The position numbers and the translations under genes were made by a program. From NCBI GenBank assembly GCA_951406725.2, contig OX597824.1:78926001-78990000 (forward strand): a stretch of 64,000 nt of DNA. Direction: 5' to 3'. A model generated the notes under the pieces. That model made no database searches and was not told the origin of the DNA. It was given only the letters and a program-made list of their open reading frames with translations. Source of the DNA: Octopus vulgaris (Eukaryota). Of this stretch, positions 14,689-28,288 are shown piece after piece (within the stretch, counting starts at the first letter, position 1; each line of letters opens with the position of its first letter).

Positions 14689-14960
14689 TATACTCTTTTT
14701 AGGTTAGCTTACTGCATTCGTTTAAGAGATGGTTAAAATTTTCGCCTCCTTTCCCACAGAGAGACAAATAAAAAAGAAATTAGATGTTGGCTCGATAGAC
14801 TGAAAGAGGCTTACGATAGCATTTTACTCTACTGGTTCTTGGAATGCTTGTGGATGCTCGAAGTGAATTAAAAGATGAACTGCTTTCTGAAAAAAGCAAT
14901 GACAGCTTGGGTAGCAAAAGAAATTTGCACAAATGAAAACATTAAAATGCGTAGAGGTTT
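13596..14960 (-). pseudogene. 3' fragment of an RLE-type non-LTR retrotransposon (R4/Dong/NeSL-like); its 3' ~500 bp is tandemly duplicated
   Basis: Minus-strand translation with stops/frameshifts: CLCGKGGENFNHLLNECSKL (CCHC), YRILWDFPIKTDHTI, CKVIDFP, DLVRELTKLW, VIPVVIGALG, QKKSAII..ILKKIF. Ends in (TAC)n. Confidence 0.85.
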
Positions 14961-15246
14961 ATTTCAGGACAGCTCGCTCTATCTTCATTACTTTTCGTCA
15001 TTGCGAGAATATCCTCGACAAATATTATTATCATTATTACTATTAAAGCGAGAAAAGGATAAAAACTGCACGTTCTATTTACCCTACTTTCTCCTCCCTC
15101 CCATTCTTTCTCTCTCTCTCTGTACATAAATATGTACACATACACACACACACACACACATGTCGTAGTGCCTTCGAAGTGTCATTCTGCAAATAAAACG
15201 CTCATATACACACACTGGATGTATTTCACTTATGTTTTATTATAAA

Positions 15247-15753
15247 CTAGCAGTATCGCCCGGCGTTGCTCGGGTTTGTAAGGGAAATAAGTATATAAGC
15301 ATTTTTAGAGAGTTACTTCCCTTATAAATTCGGGCTTTCTTAGCCATTTTTGTTTTGGTGTCTTCAAGCCATGAAGTCGTTGTTCTAAAAGAACGCTGGT
15401 CTCCTTCACAACGCTTTACGACGTTGATTTCTTTACACTCCCTTCCCCACAGCTTCACGAGGGAGGGGAAGGGGGAGAAGCAAACAGGTGCAGCTGTGAG
15501 CGTGGACGCCAACTCCGCCGCCATCGACACACAATGCATTTTATGCATTAAAATGGAATAAAAAATGATGTTAAATTATTTTTAAAATCATAGACTCATC
15601 GTTGACGCGCGCTAATAGTCAGACGGGCTCGATATGAATCACGACTATAAGATACCCGAATTTGGTTAAACTGCACCGCAAAATGTGGGAGGAGTTAGGA
15701 ATCTAAATCGAAGGGGACAGACACTCACACAACTAGAGTTTTATATATATAGA
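15247..15753 (-). mobile_element. Non-autonomous Helitron
   Basis: Minus strand begins A|TC, ends with hairpin CCCGAGCAACGCCGGG then CTAG|T. No TSD. A related 5' end is at 1-50. Confidence 0.8.
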
Positions 15754-15927
15754 TTAATAAAAAGTTAACCATTTTACTTTTTAATCGTCCAGTCATTTAA
15801 TTGATTGAAGTATCAAAGTCCATTCGTTACACTTAATGGCCTTCTCTATGACGTGTACTCAGTCATAGTATGAACTTATTCCGTTGTCTAAGTTACTTCC
15901 TCAATATGTCATTACGTTCACTCATTC

Positions 15928-15963
<36 letters not shown>

Positions 15964-15974
15964 AAATGTACGTT

Positions 15975-16078
<104 letters not shown>

Positions 16079-16240
16079 TATACATTCAGAACACATACCT
16101 ATTAGCTTGGGTTGTCCTGACGAAAACTCCTCATATTCTCTCTCCTTCTTTCCCCTCTCTCTCTCTCTCTCCCTTTATATATATATATATTTATATGTAT
16201 ATATATAAATACATATAAATATATATATATATAAAGGGAG

Positions 16241-16271
<31 letters not shown>

Positions 16272-16294
16272 AAACAGAAATGACGTTTAACATT

Positions 16295-16384
16295 TACGAC
16301 AGCTGTTTCGGTAGACTTTTATTTATTTAATGTAGTCAGCCATTAAATATTACATCATGATATATAAACTAACATCATCAGATA
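16295..16384 (-). ncRNA. Hammerhead-like motif with long stem II
   Basis: tat-CTGATGA-TG..tatttaatg/cattaaata hairpin..C-GAAAC-AGCT-GTC-gta, with palindromic stem III ACAGCTGT. Next to (TA)n. Confidence 0.5.
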
Positions 16385-16615
16385 CGATTTTAAATAACGA
16401 ACGACTGCATATAACTCATTATATGATTGTTGGATCCTGAATCGAAGCTATTGTTTAAATTGGATTGAGTACTTGCACATCCACGCTATCCTGCGAATAA
16501 TTGATGTATTCAACCTTGTTTCAATCAATGTGAGGTCTATGTTATCATACCAAAACATTTCTAGCGTCCTACGAGTTGATATACCTTCATTCATATGGAT
16601 GTATATAACAAAATC

Positions 16616-16647
<32 letters not shown>

Positions 16648-16709
16648 ATGTATGTATAATATATATGTGTATGTGCGCGCGTATATGCATATATATATCT
16701 GTGTGTTTG

Positions 16710-16742
<33 letters not shown>

Positions 16743-17155
16743 TGTGTGTGTGTGTGTACTTATACATGTGGGTTTCCATGTGTATATATCTATATACCGT
16801 GTATATATATGTATACTTATCTATATATATGTATATATTTGTATATATGTACGTTTATAGATGTATATACATATATTTTATATATATATATATATCGATA
16901 GATAGATAGATAGATAGATATATTTGTATTTATATATATACCATAGACACACACATACATACATACATACATACATACATACATACATACATACATACAT
17001 AAATGCATACATACATACATACATACCTACCTACCTACCTACATACATACATACATACATACATACATACATACGCATACATAGATCATACACTATGTTG
17101 TCAAACGAAAGCTAAAGTGTAATTTTAGGTTAATGGAAATAGGTGAACTATAAAG

Positions 17156-17483
17156 ATATAAGTTTAAACTTTGTTTAAATATAAATATAAAAGAAACATT
17201 ATTATCAAGATTGTGTATACTTAGTGAGTTCATTACTGATCGAATGATTTATGTATATATATATATGTATGGGTGGGGGAGGGATGTGTATGTGGCTATG
17301 TGCATATGCATGTCTGTAGGTGCGTATGCATTTATGTGTACATATGTGTGTGCGCGTTGGTGTAGTTATGAATGTTTGCTATTCATTTTGTTTTCGTAAT
17401 CTCCCGTATAAGTACGTACGTCTACGTACATACGTACCTTCATTTATATGTAAATGTACGAATGTATGTAAGTAAACATGTGC

Positions 17484-17532
<49 letters not shown>

Positions 17533-17745
17533 TATATTTATGTATATATATGTATATATCTATATGTATATATATGTCTATATATATGTCTATTTAAGTA
17601 TATATATATGTCTATATATATATATGTATATATATGTATATATATATATATGTATAATGTATATATATGTATATATATATATGTATATATATATATATGT
17701 ATATATATATGTATATATATATATGTATATATATATATGTATATA

Positions 17746-17817
<72 letters not shown>

Positions 17818-17888
17818 TATATTTATGTATATATATGTATATATCTATATGTATATATATGTCTATATAATATATATATATATGTATA

Positions 17889-17970
<82 letters not shown>

Positions 17971-18193
17971 TATAAGTTTAAACTTTGTTTAAATATAAAT
18001 ATAAAAGAAACATTATTATCAAGATTGTGTATACTTAGTGAGTTCATTACTGATCGAATGATTTATGTATATATATATATGTATGGGTGGGGGAGGGATG
18101 TGTATGTGGCTATGTGCATATGCATGTCTGTAGGTGCGTATGCATTTATGTGTACATATGTGTGTGCGCGTTGGTGTAGTTATGAATGTTTGC
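17156..18193 (+). repeat. 224-bp direct repeat (17156-17379, 17970-18193)
   Basis: Identical by eye, offset 814, separated mostly by a TA-rich microsatellite. Confidence 0.9.
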
Positions 18194-18468
18194 ATATAAG
18201 CATGTGTTTATATATGTATATAAGTACATATGTATTCATAAACACATGGATCTATATACTTACACGCATGTATGCATACATACATACATACATACATACA
18301 TACATACATACATACATACACACACACATACATACACACATACATACATGCATACATACGTTTATACATACATACATACATACCAATTCTTTCTCAGTGT
18401 CATTTATTTCAGTTCAATTACCGATGGAGAGGGCGGTTAAACTAAATATACACGCGCATTCACCCCCC

Positions 18469-18526
<58 letters not shown>

Positions 18527-18630
18527 AACACACATACACACACGCACGCCGTAAACACAAATTTACGATGTTAATACGACCAAAATTTGTTTCAGTTAAT
18601 TTCTATAGATTTAAAAGTGCGTAGATGTGC

Positions 18631-18726
<96 letters not shown>

Positions 18727-18783
18727 GTATATATATATATATATGTATATATATATGTATATATGTATATATATATATATATG

Positions 18784-18814
<31 letters not shown>

Positions 18815-18821
18815 GTATATA

Positions 18822-18937
<116 letters not shown>

Positions 18938-19278
18938 CAGACACAGACACACACAAAAAACACATTCATACGCATTTATATTTGAGAAAGGATATGAGCA
19001 TTTTCAGTAGTGTAAAGTATGTCAATTTACGTATACGTGAGTGTTTACGAATATATATGCGCATGAGTCTTTGTATGTGCGCATGTGCGTATTTCTTTAC
19101 CTTTCAGCGAATGCTTAAACGCTATCTTTTTCTTTTAGACTGTATCACATGACTCTTACCTTTCTCGTTGGATATATGGATATGCGGTTGCGATCGTTTG
19201 AATATGATTATGTAAGAATCCTATGTCTGTCTCTATAGATCCCTCTCTCTATCTGTCCCTCCCTCTATCTATCTATGA

Positions 19279-19335
<57 letters not shown>

Positions 19336-19412
19336 CCTATCTATCTATCTATAAGGCCATGTCTGTCTATAGAGTTATCTCTCAAACACTATCTGTATAC
19401 AGGCATCTCCCC

Positions 19413-19443
<31 letters not shown>

Positions 19444-19607
19444 TTATTTGGGGGAATAAAATCCAAACTTACAAGGAAAAAGAATTCAATTTAGAAATAC
19501 TAAATCAAATTCCACACAATATAATATATTTAAAATATGTAATTTTCTTGATGGTGTAATTTAATTATTCATTTTGAATTGATAAAAGGTGTTTTTTTTC
19601 TAATATG

Positions 19608-19654
<47 letters not shown>

Positions 19655-20507
19655 AAAGTAAAAAAATACAAACTGGGACAAGAACGTGAAACATTTAGAA
19701 GACGACACAAAAACACAGACGGGACATTCGAAGCCCTCAATCTTCAGTCAAGAACCGGATCATCTTCGCAATTTCAGCTGAAGAAAGTTAGAAGTTGTGA
19801 ATCCAACCAACTAAGGGATAATATCTATCCAATATACTGCTGGTAGGATACCCAATTATTAATACACAGGTGTTTTTTTATTGCATTGCAATTACATTAC
19901 CTAGTGTACAAAATGGCTGATGGTAAGGAGATTACTGGTATCCTTATATATTAATATATTTTATATCTTATATGTAAAGCATAATGTTATATTACTCTTT
20001 TACTCTTTTACTTGTTTCAGTCATTTGACTGCAGCCATGCTGGAGCACCGCCTTTAGTCGAGCAAATCGACCCCGGGACTTATTCTTTGTAAGCCCAGTA
20101 CTTATTCTATCGGTCTCTTTTGCCGAACCACTAAGTGACGGGGACGTAAACACACCAGCATCGGTTGTCAAGCAATGCTAGGGGGACAAACACAGACACA
20201 CAAACATATACACACACACTTATATATATATACATATATACGACAGGACTCTTTCAGTTTCCGTCTACCAAATCCACTCACAAGGCATTGGTCGGCTCGG
20301 GGCTATAGCAGAAGACACTTGCCCAAGATGCCACGCAGTGGGACTGAACCCGGAACCATGTGGTTGGTAAACAAGCTACTTACCACACAGCCACTCCTTA
20401 TGCATTTTATTATAATTATCAGTTTAGTAAATAAATAGATAAGTTAACATAATATAATGTCTAAAAGTTGATGAATCACCTATTGATCCCCTCCATTTTC
20501 TTATTGC

Positions 20508-20619
20508 TACATACATACATACATACATACATACATACATACATACATACATACATACACACATACATACATACATACATACATACATACATACATACAT
20601 ACATACATACATACATGCA

Positions 20620-20650
<31 letters not shown>

Positions 20651-21430
20651 CATACATACATACATACATACATACATACATACATACATACATACATACA
20701 TACATACATACATACATACATACATACATACATACATACATACATACATACATACATACATACATACATACATACATACATACACACACACATACATACA
20801 TACATACATACATACATACATACATACATACATACATACATACATACATACATACATACATACATACATACATACATACATACATACACATACATACATA
20901 CATACATACATACATACATACATACATACATACATACATACATACATACATACACATACATACATACATACATACATACATACATACATACATACATACA
21001 TACATACATACATACATACATACATACATACATACATACATACATACATACATACATACATACATACATACATACATACATACATACATACATACATACA
21101 TACATACATACATACATACATACATACATACATACATACACACATACATACACACATACATACATACATACATACATACATACATACACACACATACATA
21201 CATACATACATACATACATACATACATACATACATACATACATACATACATACATACATACATACATACATACATACATACGTACATACATACATACATA
21301 CATACATACATACGTACATACATACATACATACATACATACATACATACATACATACATACATACATACATACATACATACATACATACATACATACATA
21401 CGTACATACATACATACATACATACATACA

Positions 21431-21458
<28 letters not shown>
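20508..21458. repeat. ~950-bp (TACA)n microsatellite
   Basis: Direct reading. Confidence 0.98.
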
Positions 21459-21466
<8 letters not shown>

Positions 21467-21802
21467 TATTTAATAATGGAGAAATTATACAAAATGCATA
21501 AATAGATGATGCGCAAAGCATTGTTATCCGGAGATTTATTGCAGGAACTTTGTAGCGGCAGTTGGGGTAACAGCATTAATAAAATAGGAGATGGAATTTG
21601 TAATAGACTTTATTATAATAGACGTGAGCCGACTCAGGAAATCTCTAGTGAGACTTTTTATTGATGTATCTGGAGAAACTCAGAACGGGTCGAAACATGT
21701 GTTGTATCCAATATAGTCTATTATACATTCCATCTCCTATTTTATTAATACTGTTATATATATATATATAATCAATATAAGCAACAAGGATATCAAGAGG
21801 TA

Positions 21803-21891
21803 ATGCAGTACGATCGTTTCATGCGACTCCATTTAATTAAACAATGCAAACATTACTTCAATTTAAAATGCAGAGGAATCTTCAGCTGTAT
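21803..21891 (-). ncRNA. Hammerhead-like motif with long, degenerate stem II
   Basis: atacag-CTGAAGA-(~58 nt)-GAAAC-GATC-GTA-ctgcat, with palindromic stem III ACGATCGT. Confidence 0.55.
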
Positions 21892-21981
21892 AAAAATATA
21901 GAATTCGAAGGATTCATTTGTATAATTTGTATAATTTCTTCGAATTTAACTAAATTATATATTTTTATGCAGCTGAAGATT

Positions 21982-22018
<37 letters not shown>

Positions 22019-22459
22019 ATATATAAAACAGTGCGACTGAGATCCTTATAACTGAAAGTTTCGCGAAAGACACGTCCATCTGATCAGATGCTAAATGGAC
22101 GTGGTTTTCGCGGCCATGAAAGACATATGAACCTTCTTCAGAATCTAGGAACATTGGTCGTCACTTTCGTTTGTTCAGTCAGTCGTATGTGTTTAAGTGT
22201 GTGTGTGTGTGTGTATGTGATTGTGTGTGTGTGTGTGTATGTGTATGCGTGTGTGTGTCTTTGAGTGTGTGTGTGTGTGTGTGTGTGTAATATGTTATTT
22301 TTATAATTTTTATACAAGTTAACACGAAACTGAAGCATTACATAGTTTTTAATAAAGTACATATTTACTAACTTTTGGCTGTGACTTCGAATTCCGGCTT
22401 CCTTGCCTACATCATACATAGATATATACGTACGAATGTTTTATATATATTACACACAC

Positions 22460-22524
<65 letters not shown>

Positions 22525-22547
22525 CACACACACATACATATATATAT

Positions 22548-22719
<172 letters not shown>

Positions 22720-23167
22720 GTAAACCTACATAGTGTACGCACAAAGTTGTCAAATTTACCCATTTCTCTGGAGATTAAAAAAATATATACGACGAATAGC
22801 TTAAATCCATTTTTGACCCTTAAAAGGGTTTCATCAAACGTGCCTATTTTACTTGACGAAAATCACAGAAGCAAGTAACCAATCCATTTACATGCACACC
22901 AAGTTTTAGAGAGAAAGAAAGATGTCTTGAAACCGAGATCTGTTGCAGAAGCTTTCAATAGAGTGGATTCCATTAACTACAACCAAGACGCCAGGTACTG
23001 GTGTCAAACAGGGCGACAGATTAAGCCTGTAGACAAGTAGGCCACGGTGCGAAACGTCGAGTGTTAAAACAAATATCAAGACGCATTCCGCTGCCAAAAG
23101 TGCATGCGTGCGTATGCGTGCGTGTGTATGTGTTCGTGTACACACACACATACACATACGCGCGCGG

Positions 23168-23202
<35 letters not shown>

Positions 23203-23303
23203 AATCCAGACACGCCCCCACACGTAGTCGCACGTTTAGGGAAATGGGGACATGCATACGTACATAGATAGAAACTGTACGCTCACTTATATTAGTGTTT
23301 ATG

Positions 23304-23345
<42 letters not shown>

Positions 23346-23346
23346 A

Positions 23347-23395
<49 letters not shown>

Positions 23396-23458
23396 GATAT
23401 ATTTCAGGATAATCATATTTTTCCTAATCAAGAATCTTGGAAAACAAATACATAAACG

Positions 23459-23604
<146 letters not shown>

Positions 23605-23619
23605 CATATCTATATATAC

Positions 23620-23651
<32 letters not shown>

Positions 23652-23653
23652 GA

Positions 23654-23708
<55 letters not shown>

Positions 23709-23716
23709 ATATATAC

Positions 23717-23779
<63 letters not shown>

Positions 23780-24155
23780 ATTGTCCCCATTTCTCTATCT
23801 CTCTCACTCATTCCCTTCCCCTCTCTCCTTCCTATCTGTGCATGTCCTCTTCACCCACCCTTTGCCTCGTTAGCCTCTTTAATGTTTGCCTAATTTCCAC
23901 GTCAACAAGACTATATTAGACAGTCTTTGATCGTTTCTAACCCTGGAATTATTCTCATGCGATCATCTAATCATGTGATCAGATAATTGGTTTGTCATAC
24001 ACGCATGCGCACACGTACACACACATACACACCCGTGCACAAAAATCCTCAGATATTCCAACATATATTCATTCATGCATCCGCTCATACGTACATACAT
24101 ACATACATACATACATACATACATACATACATACATACATACATACATACATACA

Positions 24156-24186
<31 letters not shown>

Positions 24187-24479
24187 CCGTATGGCTGTGT
24201 ATGGGAGGAAAGTTCGCTTCGCAAGCATTTGCCTTCGGATTTAGTCCCACTGCGTGATATCTTGGGCAAATGGGTTCAACTAGCTGTCCAATGCCTTGTG
24301 AGTGAATTTGTTGGGCGAAAACTGTAGGGAGGTCATTCAATATAAATATAACGGCTGAACACCTCTAAGCCGGAACCGTTAATGGTTCATCCCTGTTATA
24401 TAATAGTTTCACTTTATTAGTTTCAGTATTAAAGTGAAAGCATGTGACATTACCATATAGAGATGTTTTTGTTTCACTT

Positions 24480-24693
24480 TTAACACGTAATACTGAAAAA
24501 GTGGAGAAGATATGCTATTGCTGTGGGCTCGCCTTAGGCAAGAAGTTAAACATTTTGTTTTGCCCATGACATTACATGGACCCTAAGTAAAGCATGTGTA
24601 AAATTTGAATGAAATTGGTTGTGTAGTTCTCAGGTTTTGGGGATTCACACAGACAGACAGACAGACACACATTCTCAGTTTTATATATATAGA
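24480..24693 (-). mobile_element. Helitron-like 5' fragment (similar fragments at ~7920-8180 and 32873-33660)
   Basis: Minus strand starts tctatatatataaaactgagaatgtgtgtctgtctg, the same 5' architecture as the full copies. No 3' hairpin found. Confidence 0.5.
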
Positions 24694-24761
24694 TACATAG
24701 ATATACATACACACATATGTATACATACATACATACATACATACATACATACATACATACA

Positions 24762-24797
<36 letters not shown>

Positions 24798-24802
24798 TAT
24801 AT

Positions 24803-25212
24803 TACTCTTTTACTCTTTTACTTGTTTCAGTCATTTGACTGCGGCCATGCTGAAGCACCGCCTTTAATCGAGCAACTCGACCCCGGGACTTATTCTTTTG
24901 TAAGCCCAGTACTTATTCTATCGGTCTCTTTTGCCGAACCACTAAGTAACGGGGACATAAACACACGAGCATCGGTTGCCAAGCAATGCTAGGGGGACAA
25001 ACACATATACACAAACACAAACACGCATATATATATATATACATATATACGACGGGCTTCTTTCAGTTTCCGTCTACCAAATCCACTCACAAGGCTTTGG
25101 TCGGCCCGAGGCTATAGTACAAGACACTTGCCCAAGGTGCCGCGCAGTGGAACTGAACCTGGAACCATGTGGTTGGTAAACAAGCTACTTACCACACAGC
25201 CACTCCTGCGCC
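24803..25212 (-). mobile_element. Full-length SINE family B copy adjacent to the PLE 3' end
   Basis: Reverse complement of the family B sequence at 11470-11880. Confidence 0.9.
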
Positions 25213-25230
25213 TATATATATATATATATA

Positions 25231-25598
25231 ACGGGAAGCTTTATGAAAATAAACAAAAGACGAAGGCAGGTGGAAAACAAACGAACAATTGTATTAGTAT
25301 GGCGCTCAGGAAATATAAATAAAACAAGTCTTTAACGTTTCGAGCCTACGCTCTTCAACAGAAAGATACAGAGAGAGAGAAAAACACAGAAAGAAGGAGA
25401 GAAAAAAATGCGTGCAGTAGCTAACGAATCAACATGGCGATCTGATTTCGGCCAGAGGTCAAAGATCAAACATGAGACGCGAGAGCGAAATAAGGGGAGA
25501 TAATAGGGTTGATAAAAGGGTTGAGGGACCAGCTAAAAGTGCGTGGGAGGGGTCTGGATGTGTGTATGTATAGGGTTGGTGTATGTATTAGTATGTAT

Positions 25599-25641
<43 letters not shown>

Positions 25642-26657
25642 AGAGAGTATTAGTGCGTAAGATTGGTCTGGACGTGCGTATGTATGGGGTTGGTGTATGT
25701 ATTAGTATGTATTAGTATGTATTAGTACGTATTGGTATGTATAGGTATGTGTGTGTGTTTGTGTGAGAGAGTATAAGTGCGTATGCGGCGTCTGGACGTG
25801 TGTATGTATAGGGTTGGTGTAAGTATTAGTATGTACTAGTATGTATTAGTACGTATTAGTATGTATTAGTTGGTGTGTGTATTAGTATGGCACATCATAT
25901 GTGATGTGATGTGTAAAGTCATGTGGTGTAGTGAGGAGAAGAGGGGGATGGGGAGAAGAGGGGGAGAAGAGGGTGAGGGGGAGAAGGGGAGGGGAAGAAG
26001 AGGGGGAGGAGAAGGGGGAAGAGGAGAGGATGGGGGAGAAGGAAGGGGAGGAGGGGATGAAGGAGGAAAGAGGGAGAGGGGGAGAGAGGGAGTGAGGGAG
26101 CAGAGGGAAGGGGAAGAGGGAGGGAGAAAGAAGGAAGAAGGGAAGGGGAGTAGGGGTGAAAGGATGAAGGACTGAAGAAGTAGGGGTCGGGGGGAGAAAG
26201 GATAGGTGAGGAGGGGGGAGAGGGGTGTTAGATGAGGAGGGGGGCAGAGTTGAGACCAAATGGCGTATAAGAGCGAAGAGAGAAGATTAATTCCTGTTCA
26301 CGGCGCAAACGGGAATCCGGATGGCCTCTGTGTAAGGACAAACCGAACACAGATAGGTGTTGCAAGGAGTGACCGGTGGAGCGGAAATGGCGTGAGACCG
26401 GTGTGTCGTTCGCAAGGTGGATGTCACGAAGGTGTTCCGCGAACCGGTCAGCCAAGCGGCGTCCCGTTTGTCCGATGTACAAGGAATTGCAGAGAGAGCA
26501 AGAGATGCAATAGATAATATTGCTGGAGGTGCAGGTGAAGGAGTGGATGATAGGATAGGGTCGATGGTGGGTGCTAGTGAGGCGGGTGGTGTTGGAGAGG
26601 TAAGGGCAAGTGCGGCAACGTGGGCGGGAGCAGGGGAACGAGCCGGGTTGGGAGGTA
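25231..26657 (-). repeat. 3' pseudo-LTR of the PLE
   Basis: Near-identical to 29778-31198, starting at an offset of 4547. Confidence 0.95.
25329..25366 (-). ncRNA. Minimal type I hammerhead-like motif in 3' pLTR (variant core CUGUUGA)
   Basis: Minus strand: tcttt-CTGTTGA-A-GAGC-gtag-GCTC-GAAAC-GTT-aaaga. Stem I 5 bp, stem II 4 bp, loopless palindromic stem III (ACGT). Confidence 0.75.
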
Positions 26658-28288
26658 GGGTCAGGGAAGGAGCTATGGACCAAAAGGTCTCGAAGGTTGT
26701 GGGCTCGTTTGAAAGAGGGGAGGGGTCGGTTAGGGAAGAGGTGTGAAGTGGACGGGTCGGACTGGAGATGACGGAAAGCTCGAAGAATGGTGCGTTGGAG
26801 ACGTAGGGTCGTGGGGTGGTAAGTGAGGGGAAAAGGGAGGCGGGAGACTACAGGGCGGGTTCGGGGAGAGAGAGCAGATACACGGTCCACGGACCGTGCT
26901 CTGGCAAGGGCGGTGTGGATAGTGGTGAGGGGGTATCCACGTAGGGTGAAGTGGTGAGCCATACGTTGAGACTGAGTCTCAAAGTCATGGTCGTCACTAC
27001 AGAGCCTACGTAGACGGAGGAATTGGGAATAGGGGATGGAAAGCTTGGTGTGTTCTGGGTGGGAGGAAGAGAAGTTGAGGTATGAGTGTGAGTCTGTGTG
27101 TTTGTAGTGAATGGAGGTGGTAAGAGTGGAGTGAAGAATGCTAACCGAAATGTCGAGGAAGGAGACAGAGGTGTTGGAGATAGTGGAAGTGAAGTGGAGG
27201 GCTGGATGGAAAGATTGGACGAAAGAGAGGAAGGAATCTAGATGTTCGCGGGAGAGTGAGGTGGCACCGATAATGTCGTCAATATAACGACCATATAGTT
27301 CAGGAGTGGGACCAGTGAAATTAGAGAATATTTGGGCCTCAACATAGCCAACGAACAGGTTCGCATAGTTGGGGCCCATTCGCGTTCCCATGGCCACTCC
27401 CGAGACCTGATGGTAGAACTCGCCCGCGAACGAGAAGCAGTTCAGAGTAAGGACAAGTTCGGCCAGACGAATGAGTGTGGAGGTGTCAGGTACAGGGTTA
27501 GAGCGGAGGTCAAGAAAGTGTCGAAGGGCCTGCAGTCCTTCGTGGTGAGGGATAACAGTATAGAGGCTTTGGATGTCCATAGTAAAAAGGATTTTGGAGG
27601 AGCCGGGAGGAAAGGAGAAAGAGTTGAAAAGCCGGAGAGCATGGTTGGTATCGTGGATGTGGGAGGGAAGAGATGCCACTAGGGGGGCAAGGACACGGTC
27701 GAGGTATTTAGAGATGAGCTCCGTGGGGCAGTTACAGGCGGAGACGATGGGGCGGCCAGGGTTGTTGGGTTTGTGGATTTTGGGGAGGAAGTAAATGGTG
27801 GGGGTACGTGGGGTTCGCACAATTAGGTTGGATGCGGTGCGGGGGAGACGGGAGGACGAGATGAGGTCTTGGACGGTAGAGGATACCGTCTGTTGGTAGC
27901 TACGTGTGGGGTTAGAGGGCAGAGGGGAATAGAAGGAGGTGTCATTGAGTTGGCGGAAAGCCTCGGCCCTATAGAGGTCCGCGCGCCACACCACTACAGC
28001 TCCACCCTTGTCAGCCGGTTTGATGATAATGTCAGCGCGCCGTTGGAGGGAACGAAGAGCCAAGAGCTCAGCCGGGGAGATGTTGAGGCGGCGGCGTTGG
28101 CGCCTGGAGAAGTTGAACCGCTCCAATGCACGCTGACAAGCGCCCGCGAAAAGATCCACTGCTAGGATCTGGCCAGGGGCAGGCGTCCACGGGGATGGTC
28201 GGCGGCCCAGGCCAGTGAAGCAGTCGTCCTCTTCGTGGGGTGTGGGTGGCGAGTCGTGGTAATGCGCACCCAACCGGACACGGCGCAC
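26228..28288 (-). CDS. PLE reverse transcriptase + GIY-YIG endonuclease (C-terminal part; frame stays open upstream to ~28540)
   Basis: RT motifs IIKPADKGGAVVV, YFLPKIHK..PGRPIVS, DIQSLYT, GVAMGTRMGPNYANLF and YGRYIDD. Cys linker [10 protein letters not shown]. Endonuclease motif [37 protein letters not shown]. Confidence 0.96.
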   Translation of the reverse strand: MRRVRLGAHYHDSPPTPHEEDDCFTGLGRRPSPWTPAPGQILAVDLFAGACQRALERFNFSRRQRRRLNISPAELLALRSLQRRADIIIKPADKGGAVVVWRADLYRAEAFRQLNDTSFYSPLPSNPTRSYQQTVSSTVQDLISSSRLPRTASNLIVRTPRTPTIYFLPKIHKPNNPGRPIVSACNCPTELISKYLDRVLAPLVASLPSHIHDTNHALRLFNSFSFPPGSSKILFTMDIQSLYTVIPHHEGLQALRHFLDLRSNPVPDTSTLIRLAELVLTLNCFSFAGEFYHQVSGVAMGTRMGPNYANLFVGYVEAQIFSNFTGPTPELYGRYIDDIIGATSLSREHLDSFLSFVQSFHPALHFTSTISNTSVSFLDISVSILHSTLTTSIHYKHTDSHSYLNFSSSHPEHTKLSIPYSQFLRLRRLCSDDHDFETQSQRMAHHFTLRGYPLTTIHTALARARSVDRVSALSPRTRPVVSRLPFPLTYHPTTLRLQRTILRAFRHLQSDPSTSHLFPNRPLPSFKRAHNLRDLLVHSSFPDPTSQPGSFPCSRPRCRTCPYLSNTTRLTSTHHRPYPIIHSFTCTSSNIIYCISCSLCNSLYIGQTGRRLADRFAEHLRDIHLANDTPVSRHFRSTGHSLQHLSVFGLSLHRGHPDSRLRREQELIFSLRSYTPFGLNSAPLLI

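Noticed and set aside
23022-23065. CTGTAGA..GAAACGTC hammerhead-like match
   Set aside because: Stems I and II do not pair convincingly, and there is no cassette context.
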